Shown one piece after another: positions 54,383 to 61,038 of a stretch of 64,000 nt of DNA (positions within the stretch are counted from its first letter, which is position 1; each line of letters opens with the position of its first letter). This DNA is from an uncultured Clostridia bacterium (GTDB taxonomy: Bacteria; Bacillota; Clostridia; Christensenellales; Borkfalkiaceae). The notes beneath the pieces were generated by a model, which did no database searches, had not been told where the DNA came from, and saw only the letters and a program-made list of their open reading frames with translations. The stretch is from assembly GCA_944341075.1 (NCBI GenBank), contig CALVLV010000004.1, positions 3,829 through 67,828 on the forward strand. Direction: 5' to 3'. The translations under genes and the position numbers were made by a program.

Positions 54383-54486
54383 AAATTTTAAAACAAATAA
54401 TGCTGAAAATTGCAAAGCGGAATTTACTTCCGTTGTTAAGCAATTTTACGGCTTACCGTAAAATCACGGCGGAAGATTTTTGCAAA
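54383..54486 (+). repeat. T module plus truncated H (copy 14, left arm only)
   Basis: AAAATTTTAAAACAAATAATGCTGAAAATTGCAAAGCGGAATTTACTTCCGTTGTTAAGCAATTTTACGGCTTACCGTAAAA, then TCACGGCGGAAGATTTTTGCA. This runs directly into the AAATCCCACC end of an X module, the same junction as at 40827 and 59108. Confidence 0.8.
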
Positions 54487-54552
54487 TCCCACCGCCGCGG
54501 CCTGCGGTCGCGTCACCTCCCTTTGACAAGGGAGGCACGAATAAGGAAAGAT
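54484..54552 (-). repeat. X module copy 5
   Basis: CAAATCCCACCGCCGCGGCCTGCGGTCGCGTCACCTCCCTTTGACAAGGGAGGCACGAATAAGGAAAG. Confidence 0.8.
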
Positions 54553-55034
54553 TTAAAATAATTTATGTTTGCAAGGCGGGGTCTTGCCGCCATCAAGGTA
54601 AAACATGGCGGTTTTGCGGTTTCCCAAAGGGAACCCTCCGCAAAGTAGCGTCGCTTGCGCTCCTCACGCGGTCACCGCAAACGCAAGTCATATGCGTTTG
54701 CTCATCTCACTTCACCACGCACAACGGGTGTCCGTTGTGCTATGAAATGGCTCGTTCGTCCCGCCGCCGCAAGTTCGCCTCGTATCCTCGTTGGTCGGCT
54801 CCGCAACGCCTCACGCTTTGCTCGGCATGTTGCGGTCTCTCCGCGGCACACGAACAGCGGGTGTCCGCTGTTCTATTGGGCGTGCCGCTCGTCTCAATTT
54901 GCTGCGGCCAGCAGGCTCACCAAGGGTGAATTTGCGCAATTATATAACCGAGGGCATTTAAGATTGCGCAAAGAGGGGCTGGCCCCTTAACATCACGAAA
55001 TTTTTCGCGCTCGGCCAGCACGAAAAAATTGTGA
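54551..55034 (+). repeat. Composite repeat, type II long form, including H copy 9 (54993-55034)
   Basis: Terminus ATTTAAAATAATTTATGTT, GC stems, and a core variant (54655-54760; GCAAACGCA..TGCGTTTGC and GCACAACGG-GTGT-CCGTTGTGC). These are followed by V (54777-54927), L (54928-54971; stem GCGCAAT/ATTGCGC), G (54975-54986) and H TCACGAAATTTTTCGCGCTCGGCCAGCACGAAAAAATTGTGA. H ends 14 nt before the ftsY ATG. Confidence 0.9.
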
Positions 55035-55048
55035 AAAAGGTATATTGT

Positions 55049-55945
55049 ATGGGTTTCTTTTCAAAAATCGCAAATGCTTTAAAAAAGACTAAAGAAAAGC
55101 TTGGCGGGGCTATAAAATCGCTGTTTTCGCGCGGCAAGCTCGGCGACGACTTCTACGAAGATCTTGAAGAAATTCTCATCTCCGCAGATATCTCGGTGAC
55201 CACCGCAGAGGAGACGGTAGACCAGCTGCGCGCCGAGGTCAAAAAGGAAAAACTTAAGGATGAGGAGTATGTTGTGGGCCTTTTAAAGGACATTCTCGAA
55301 GATACCCTCACCCGCGCGGAGGTGCCCGAGATAGAGTACCCCGCCGTTATAATGCTGATAGGCGTAAACGGCGTGGGCAAGACCACCACGGTGGGCAAGC
55401 TTGCCGATTACTTTTTGCGCAACAAAAAGACGGTCACCGTTGCGGCGGCCGATACATTCCGTGCGGCGGCCGCAGACCAGCTTACCATCTGGGCGGAGCG
55501 CGCGGGCGTGCGCATAGTCAAGCACGAAGAGGGCAGCGACCCCTCTGCCGTGGTGTTCGACGCCATATCTTCGGTAAAGGCAAAGGGCACCGACGTGTTG
55601 CTTGTGGATACCGCAGGCCGCCTGCACGTAAAGGCCAACCTGATGGAGGAGCTAAAAAAGATATCCCGCGTTATATCGCGCGAATATCCCCGGGCGCACG
55701 TGTATAAACTGCTCGTGCTCGACGCAACCACGGGCAACAATGCCGTAAACCAGGCGCGCCTCTTCGACGAGGCCGTGGAGCTCGACGGCATAGTGCTCAC
55801 CAAGCTCGATTCCACCGCAAAGGGCGGGTTTGTAATATCGCTGTGCGGCGAGCTTGAAATACCCGTCATCTACGTGGGCACGGGCGAAAAGATAGGCGAC
55901 CTTGAAAAATTCGACCCCGAAGAATTTATAGATAACATTCTGTGA
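55049..55945 (+). CDS. ftsY: Signal recognition particle receptor FtsY (short form, NG domain)
   Basis: GVNGVGKTTTVGKLA, DTAGRL and TKLDSTAKGG are SRP GTPase motifs. ATG 55049 has AAAAGG upstream. The track start GTG 55031 lies inside the H hairpin. Confidence 0.93.
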   Translation: MGFFSKIANALKKTKEKLGGAIKSLFSRGKLGDDFYEDLEEILISADISVTTAEETVDQLRAEVKKEKLKDEEYVVGLLKDILEDTLTRAEVPEIEYPAVIMLIGVNGVGKTTTVGKLADYFLRNKKTVTVAAADTFRAAAADQLTIWAERAGVRIVKHEEGSDPSAVVFDAISSVKAKGTDVLLVDTAGRLHVKANLMEELKKISRVISREYPRAHVYKLLVLDATTGNNAVNQARLFDEAVELDGIVLTKLDSTAKGGFVISLCGELEIPVIYVGTGEKIGDLEKFDPEEFIDNIL

Positions 55946-55978
55946 CTGTAAAACAGTAGCTTAAAGGAATTACATTGC

Positions 55979-56527
55979 ATGACTGAAAAGCAAAAAATGC
56001 TGGCGGGCGAACTTTATATAGCCGAAGAACCCGAACTTGCCGCGGCGCACGCCCGCGCAATAGCGCTGTGCGAAAAGCTCAACTACGGCGGGCTTGACGA
56101 AAAGGAGCGCGACGAGGTAACCAGGCAGCTTTTAGGCAGGTGCGGCAAAAGGGTGGTGCTCGGCCGCAACTTCTGGTGCGACTATGGCGAAAATATCGAA
56201 GTGGGCGAAAATTTTTATGTGAACTACGGCGTGGTAATACTCGATGTCTGCAAGGTGAAAATAGGCGATAACTGCCTTATCGCGCCGCAGGCGGGCATAT
56301 ATACCGCCGCGCACCCGCTGGACGCCGGAGTAAGGCGCTCGGGGCTGGAATACGGCAAGCCGATAACTATAGGCAACGATGTGTGGATAGGCGGAGGGGC
56401 AAGGATCCTCCCCGGCGTTAACCTCGGCAACAATGTGGTGGTCGGCGCGGGCGCGGTAGTCACCAAAAGCTTTGGCGACAACGTTGTCATCGCTGGCAAC
56501 CCCGCCGTTATAATAAAAAGACTGTGA
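55979..56527 (+). CDS. maa: Maltose/galactoside O-acetyltransferase (left-handed beta-helix)
   Basis: MTEKQKMLAGELY.., hexapeptide repeats, and IGNDVWIGGGARILPGVNLGNNVVVGAGAVV. 182 aa. Confidence 0.85.
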   Translation: MTEKQKMLAGELYIAEEPELAAAHARAIALCEKLNYGGLDEKERDEVTRQLLGRCGKRVVLGRNFWCDYGENIEVGENFYVNYGVVILDVCKVKIGDNCLIAPQAGIYTAAHPLDAGVRRSGLEYGKPITIGNDVWIGGGARILPGVNLGNNVVVGAGAVVTKSFGDNVVIAGNPAVIIKRL

Positions 56528-56590
56528 TTTTTATTTGAAATTTGTTTTGTTGCAGTTAAAGTATATGGCTGTATAGATTATAAAAAGTGA

Positions 56591-56624
56591 GTGCGGGCGG
56601 CGCAGTTGCGCCGCCCGCACTTTT
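56591..56624 (+). terminator. Rho-independent terminator of maa
   Basis: GTGCGGGCGGCGCA-GT-TGCGCCGCCCGCAC followed by TTTT. Confidence 0.85.
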
Positions 56625-56766
56625 CGGACATATCAAACCCTTTAACGGCAATAGTTTTTTCTGTTTTAACTAAATAAAACATAAGTGTTATCGCCAAAGT
56701 TTGCATGTCCTTCGGTAAATGATTGGTTTTTTACAACTTTGCTGCCCCGTTGCAGAAACAGTTTCA

Positions 56767-57340
56767 CAAACTCACGAAATTTTTCGGGCGCGGCCCGCAC
56801 GAAAAATTTGTGAACCCTTTTTCCCGCCGTAAAGTTCAGCGCGGCAGCCCGCGCATAAAGAACTTTACAAGGAATAACTTTTCGCAACAGCAAGTTTAAA
56901 ACAAATTGTGCCGAAAAAGTGCAAGGACGAGCAACACATTTCTGCAAACAGCACATACGCGCTGTTTGCGTGTTGCGAGATGAGCAAAAGCATATTAAAA
57001 GCTTTTGCGGTGACCGAATGCGGCGGCAATATACCGCATGCCGCATGAGAAGATTTAGTTCAACCGTTAAGCACTTTTACGACTTACCGTAAAATCACGG
57101 AAAAAGATTTTTGCGTAGCAAAAAGATTTTTCGTGAACGTTTAAAATAATTAATGTGCGCAAGCAGGGTTTCCCTGCGATAGCGCGACTACATTTGCGGC
57201 GAAAGCCGGCTCACCGGAAGTGAATTCGCGCGACTGCATAATCGTGGGCCCTTAAAGGTCGCGCGAAGAGAAACTTGGTTTCTCAAACTCACGAAATTTT
57301 TCGGGCGCGGCCCGCACGAAAAATTTGTGAACCCTTTTTT
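56767..57340. repeat. 574-bp composite of repeat modules flanked by 56-nt perfect direct repeats
   Basis: Order: H copy 10 (56772-56813), U (56819-56901), reversed core (56926-57047, with M3 stem ATGCGGC../..GCCGCAT at 57018-57046) and a T tail (57053-57094). Next come H copy 12 (57095-57136, TCACGGAAAAAGATTTTTGCGTAGCAAAAAGATTTTTCGTGA) and a type I element (terminus 57139-, L 57222-57267, M2 GAGAAACTTGGTTTCTC). H copy 11 (57289-57330) closes the unit. CAAACTCACGAAATTTTTCGGGCGCGGCCCGCACGAAAAATTTGTGAACCCTTTTT occurs identically at 56767-56822 and 57285-57340. Confidence 0.85.
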
Positions 57341-57432
57341 ACAAATCATCCGCATCTTGCCGGGGCATTCCGCCGTCTGCCGCTACACCCGTGTAGCTGC
57401 CGTCGGGGTCTGATTTGCTGAAAAAGTCCGGC

Positions 57433-57516
57433 TTACTTGCAGTTTTTGGGCTGCTTGTTGTTGCCGCAGTTTTTCTGCTTGTTGTTTTCACCTGAATTAC
57501 CATTAGTCTTTTTCAT
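57433..57516 (-). CDS. Candidate 27-aa Lys/Asn-rich peptide with two Cys (MKKTNGNSGENNKQKNCGNNKQPKNCK)
   Basis: Its ATG overlaps the rubrerythrin TGA (ATGA), and AAGGAG lies 8 nt upstream. There is an internal duplication NNKQ(K/P)KNC. It is not in the supplied ORF track because it is too short. It could be a chance ORF. Confidence 0.35.
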   Translation of the reverse strand: MKKTNGNSGENNKQKNCGNNKQPKNCK

Positions 57517-58109
57517 ATTTTCTCCTTTTCAAAGGGCAAATGCAGCTCAACATAGCCCTGCGAACTCTTGCACAACGGGCATACGTCCCATGCCTTTGTG
57601 CCCGTGTGCATATAGCCGCATTCGCTGCAGATATACACCATGGGCGACTCGTTTGAAAACAGTGTGCCCGTCTTAAACGCTTCGTACAGATAGTTGAAGA
57701 TCATTTCGTGCCGCTTTTCAACATTGGCTATCATTCTGAACAGTGCCGCAACGTCGGCATAGCCTTCGGCTTCGGCCTCATCCGCAAATGCGGGATATAT
57801 TCTGCTGTGTTCGGCGTGCTCGTCTAAAGCCGCCACCCGCAGACATTCCTGCAGGTCGCCGCCGTGAAAGGGGTAGCCTGCGTCCAGCACTATGTTGTCA
57901 AGCTGTTTTCCGCGCTTTGAAAGTTCTTCAAAAAATCGGCGCGCGTGCACCGTTTCGTTCTTTGCAAGCGTGCGTATGGTCTCTGCCAGCGTGGCGTAGC
58001 CCTGCTGAGTGGCAAGCCTTGCCGCCAGCTGATACCTCATGCCCGCCTGCGATTCGCCTGCAAAGCTTCTTGCAAGGTTCACATAAGTCTTTGTTTCGTC
58101 AAATTGCAT
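57513..58109 (-). CDS. rbr: Rubrerythrin (ferritin-like diiron domain + C-terminal rubredoxin-like CxxC..CxxC)
   Basis: MQFDETKTYVNLARSFAGESQAGMRYQ.., EHA..H diiron ligand motifs, and CSECGY..CPLCKS. GGAGGG lies 5 nt upstream of ATG 58109. The ORF is open to 58151. Confidence 0.9.
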   Translation of the reverse strand: MQFDETKTYVNLARSFAGESQAGMRYQLAARLATQQGYATLAETIRTLAKNETVHARRFFEELSKRGKQLDNIVLDAGYPFHGGDLQECLRVAALDEHAEHSRIYPAFADEAEAEGYADVAALFRMIANVEKRHEMIFNYLYEAFKTGTLFSNESPMVYICSECGYMHTGTKAWDVCPLCKSSQGYVELHLPFEKEKI

Positions 58110-58197
58110 ATCTGCCCTCCGTAAAAGTATTTTGGGCAGCTTTGCGTGCATTATTCGGTCTAACAGTGCCTTATTTTTCCTTTTTTGGCGTCCGTGC

Positions 58198-58226
58198 TTG
58201 CCCGTCGGCGTGCAGTGTGGTATAAT
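58198..58226 (+). promoter_or_regulatory. Sigma-A promoter
   Basis: TTGCCC, a 17-nt spacer, then TATAAT with TGg (extended -10). It lies 24 nt upstream of the 58250 CDS. Confidence 0.65.
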
Positions 58227-58249
58227 GGCGGTAAGGGAGGGGATGTGTC

Positions 58250-58636
58250 ATGGATAAAAGGGGCTTTAAGGGCGCTTCGATATTCCAGACGGCGTGCTTT
58301 TTTATCGTTGCGCTCGTGTGGTCGATAGCCGAAAACCGGGCAGACGTAGTCGCGTTCATCGTCATCGGCTGGCTGCTGTTCGCGCTCGGCGCAATACAGA
58401 CGGTGCTGTGTTTTGCAATGCCCGAGGCAAAGAATACGGCGGCCGTTTGCGGGCTGGCCGTGGCGGCGGACATGGCGCTCGGCGGCGCGCTCATCGCGCT
58501 GTTCGTAACGCAGATAGGCTTTTCTCAGGGCGGCGTTTCGCTTTTCAACGATGTGTTCACTATCGTCCTGTTTGTCGTGATTTTAGTGGCCGTTGCGGCC
58601 ACCTATGTGTGCGGCGTGACCGACCGCAAGGGGTGA
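58250..58636 (+). CDS. Small 4-TM membrane protein, unknown function
   Basis: 128 aa with four hydrophobic helices. AGGGAGGGG lies upstream of the ATG. Confidence 0.7.
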   Translation: MDKRGFKGASIFQTACFFIVALVWSIAENRADVVAFIVIGWLLFALGAIQTVLCFAMPEAKNTAAVCGLAVAADMALGGALIALFVTQIGFSQGGVSLFNDVFTIVLFVVILVAVAATYVCGVTDRKG

Positions 58637-58687
58637 TTGCCCCGCACATATGCCTTAAATAATGTACATTTTTTATAATATAGAAAT

Positions 58688-58720
58688 GCGCGCAGTGCGG
58701 CATTTTGCCGCGCTGCGCGC
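58688..58720. terminator. Bidirectional terminator between convergent genes
   Basis: GCGCGCAGTGCGGC-ATTTT-GCCGCGCTGCGCGC, with A/T-rich flanks. Confidence 0.7.
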
Positions 58721-58775
58721 ACTTTAAAAGATTATTGTTTTTTAAAGAGCGGCACATATGCCGCAACGATTCGTT

Positions 58776-59057
58776 TTATGCGGCAAGATACAGGTAGGCA
58801 AGCACCAGTGCAAAGCCCTGCCATGCCAGGCCGGCTACGTTGGCGGCGATAAACGCGGGCTTGCGGAATTTGTGATGGAATATCATCATGCCGAGTATTC
58901 CGCCCACAGCCCCGCCGAGCAAGGAGAGGAGTATCAGCGTTATTTCGGGCACGCGCCATGTGCCCTTTATTGCGGCAAACTTGTCTTTGCCGTACAGTAT
59001 AAAGTTTATAAGCGATATGGCGCCCGCTATGGCGCAGATAATTATAAATGCAGTCAT
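58776..59057 (-). CDS. DUF1294-family small membrane protein
   Basis: MTAFIIICAIAG..YGKDKFAAIKGTWRVPEITLILLSLLGGAVGGILGMMIFHHKFRK matches the DUF1294 pattern as I recall it. The upstream part of the track ORF (to 59198) runs through repeat module X. Confidence 0.7.
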   Translation of the reverse strand: MTAFIIICAIAGAISLINFILYGKDKFAAIKGTWRVPEITLILLSLLGGAVGGILGMMIFHHKFRKPAFIAANVAGLAWQGFALVLAYLYLAA

Positions 59058-59107
59058 CGGATTCTGCCCCCCTGTCCGGCTGAAATAACAAAGGCGCTCA
59101 AAATGCG

Positions 59108-59188
59108 GAAAGATTTTCGCAAATCCCACCGGGTAGCCCTCGCTAAAGTTCGTGCTACCCACCTCCCTTTGGCAAGGGAGGCACGATT
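59108..59188 (-). repeat. X module copy 6
   Basis: GAAAGATTTTCGCAAATCCCACCGGGTAGCCCTCGCTAAAGTTCGTGCTACCCACCTCCCTTTGGCAAGGGAGGCACGATTGCGG. Confidence 0.8.
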
Positions 59189-59238
59189 GCGGTGACAATT
59201 CCTCAGTCTTGCTGTCGCTTACGCTTTCGCAAGATAGC

Positions 59239-59370
59239 TCCCTTAATGCTCGCGCATTAAAGGAGCCTTTAGTGTGGAATAGATTTCTCCGTTCGCTTCG
59301 CTCGGTCGTAAGGAGCGAAGCGACGGAATAGCGATTGTTCGCACGAAGTGCGCAATCGCGTCAATGACAA
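59239..59370 (-). repeat. M6 hairpin and S-long module (reverse orientation)
   Basis: TCCCTTAATGC-TCGC-GCATTAAAGGAGCC, then GGAATAGATTTCTCCGTTCGCTTCGCTCGGTCGTAAGGAGCGAAGCGACGGAATAGCGATTGTTCGCACGAAGTGCGCAATCGCGTCAATGACA. The internal stem is CGCTTCGCTC/GAGCGAAGCG. Confidence 0.8.
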
Positions 59371-59565
59371 ATTTTTTTAAATAATGAACGTTTCAAGCAG
59401 GGTTCCCCTGCGCAGAAAGACCCAATTTGTCGCGTAAGCGAGCTCACCAAAGGGGGAATGACTGCAATTGTATAATAAGTGAGCACTTAAAAATTGCAGT
59501 CAGGGGGAGCTGGCTCCCCCAAAGTCACGAAGATTTTACGGCGGCACCAGCCGTAAAATCTGTGA
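59371..59565 (+). repeat. Composite repeat, type I short form, including H copy 15 (59525-59565)
   Basis: Terminus ATTTTTTTAAATAATGAACGTT, CAAGCAGGGTTCCCCTGCG and the L hairpin (59456-59501; stem GACTGCAATT/AATTGCAGTC). These are followed by G GGGGGAGCTGGCTCCCCC (59503-59520) and H TCACGAAGATTTTACGGCGGCACCAGCCGTAAAATCTGTGA. H ends 4 nt from the radA stop codon. Confidence 0.9.
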
Positions 59566-59569
59566 GACC

Positions 59570-60931
59570 CTATTTGAACAGGCTCTTTATCATAGTGCCC
59601 ACGTACAGCACGGGCACTATGTCTATTTTATCCATGAATTTTGTCATCGACTTCATGTTCTTTGCGGGCACAAGCACCTTTTTAAAGCCCATTTTAACGC
59701 ACTCGGCAACGCGCTTTTCGGCGTAGGATACGGCGCGCACCTCGCCCGTAAGGCCCACTTCGCCGAAGGCGGCGGTGAATTTGTCCACGGGCCTGTCGTA
59801 AAAGGAGGAGGCCAGCGCCGCGCACACGGCAAGGTCGGCGGCAGGTTCGTTCAGGCGTATGCCGCCCATCACGTTCACATACACGTCAAAGCCGCCAAGG
59901 TTCACGCCGCAGCGCTTTTCAAGCACTGCCAAAAGCAGCACCAGCTTGTTGTAGTCCACCCCCAGCGGCATCCTGCGCGGCTGGCCGAAACTCGTCTTGG
60001 ATATCAGCGTCTGCACCTCAACGTTCATGCAGCGGTTGCCCGTGCGCGCGGGGGTGACTATCGCGCCCGCCTCTTCGCCGCGGCTTTCGGATAGGAATAT
60101 GCCCGAATAATCGGTGACGGGTATAATTCCGCGGTCGGTCATCTCGAACACGCCCACTTCGGAAACGTTGCCGAACCTGTTCTTCACCGAGCGCAGTATG
60201 CGGTAATTTTCCTGGTTTTCGCCCTCAAAGTACAACACGGTGTCCATTATGTGTTCAAGCACCTTGGGGCCTGCCAGCGCGCCCTCCTTTGTTACGTGGC
60301 CGATTATAAAAAAGGTTATGCCGCGGCTCTTGGCTATGCGCATAAGTCGGGAGGCGCACTCGCGCACCTGCCCCACAGACCCCGCGGAGGAGGTAAGCTC
60401 TTCGGTATATACCGCCTGAATGGAGTCTATCACGCAGAACTCCACGCCGTCCAGCTCGGCCTCAAGCCCGTCTATGCACGTCTCGTTTATAAGCAGAAGG
60501 TTGTCGGAAGACAGCCCCAGCCTCTCGGTGCGCAGCTTTACCTGCGAACAGCTCTCCTCGGCCGAAAAGTAAAGCACCCTGTGCTCCTGCGAAAGGTGCG
60601 CGGCTATCTGGGTGAGCAACGTAGATTTGCCTATGCCCGGGTCGCCGCCCAGAAGTATCAGCGAGCCCTTTACTATGCCGCCGCCTATCACGTTGTCGAA
60701 TTCGGAGATGCCCGAAGGGGTGCGCTCGTATGTGCGGTATTCCACCTGCGAAAGGGGAGTGGCGCGGGGCGCGGAATATGCCGGCTTTTTTGCCTGTTTT
60801 GCCGCGGGCGCGGGGGCAACCGGTTCCTCCGCCATGGTATTGAATTTTCCGCACGAAGGGCACCTGCCCAGCCAGCGCGGGCTGGTGGCGCCACATTCGC
60901 TGCATACAAAAACTGTAGTCTGTTTAGCCAT
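59570..60931 (-). CDS. radA: DNA repair protein RadA (Sms)
   Basis: Zinc finger CSECGATSPRWLGRCPSCG, Walker A GGDPGIGKSTLL, KNRFG, and a Lon-like C-terminal domain. MAKQTT at ATG 60931. The track start at 60976 lies in a palindrome. Confidence 0.93.
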   Translation of the reverse strand: MAKQTTVFVCSECGATSPRWLGRCPSCGKFNTMAEEPVAPAPAAKQAKKPAYSAPRATPLSQVEYRTYERTPSGISEFDNVIGGGIVKGSLILLGGDPGIGKSTLLTQIAAHLSQEHRVLYFSAEESCSQVKLRTERLGLSSDNLLLINETCIDGLEAELDGVEFCVIDSIQAVYTEELTSSAGSVGQVRECASRLMRIAKSRGITFFIIGHVTKEGALAGPKVLEHIMDTVLYFEGENQENYRILRSVKNRFGNVSEVGVFEMTDRGIIPVTDYSGIFLSESRGEEAGAIVTPARTGNRCMNVEVQTLISKTSFGQPRRMPLGVDYNKLVLLLAVLEKRCGVNLGGFDVYVNVMGGIRLNEPAADLAVCAALASSFYDRPVDKFTAAFGEVGLTGEVRAVSYAEKRVAECVKMGFKKVLVPAKNMKSMTKFMDKIDIVPVLYVGTMIKSLFK

Positions 60932-61038
60932 GATAATAAGCCTTAAAAGTATAATTGCCCCGCATATATGGGGCAATCAATGTATTTTTATGTTTTTGCG
61001 GCAAGGCTTTTAAAGTCTTTGCCGCTTTTAACACTCGG

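Noticed and set aside
5722-59565. Possibility that the repeated hairpins form a CRISPR array
   Set aside because: The copies are dispersed between genes over 54 kb. They have no regular repeat-spacer periodicity, no leader and no cas genes.
61000-61027. Terminator between ispDF and radA
   Set aside because: The hairpin GCGGCAAGG..CTTTGCCGC has its U-run only in the + strand sense, and no + strand gene ends there. On the minus strand it is followed by A residues, so ispDF and radA may be co-transcribed.
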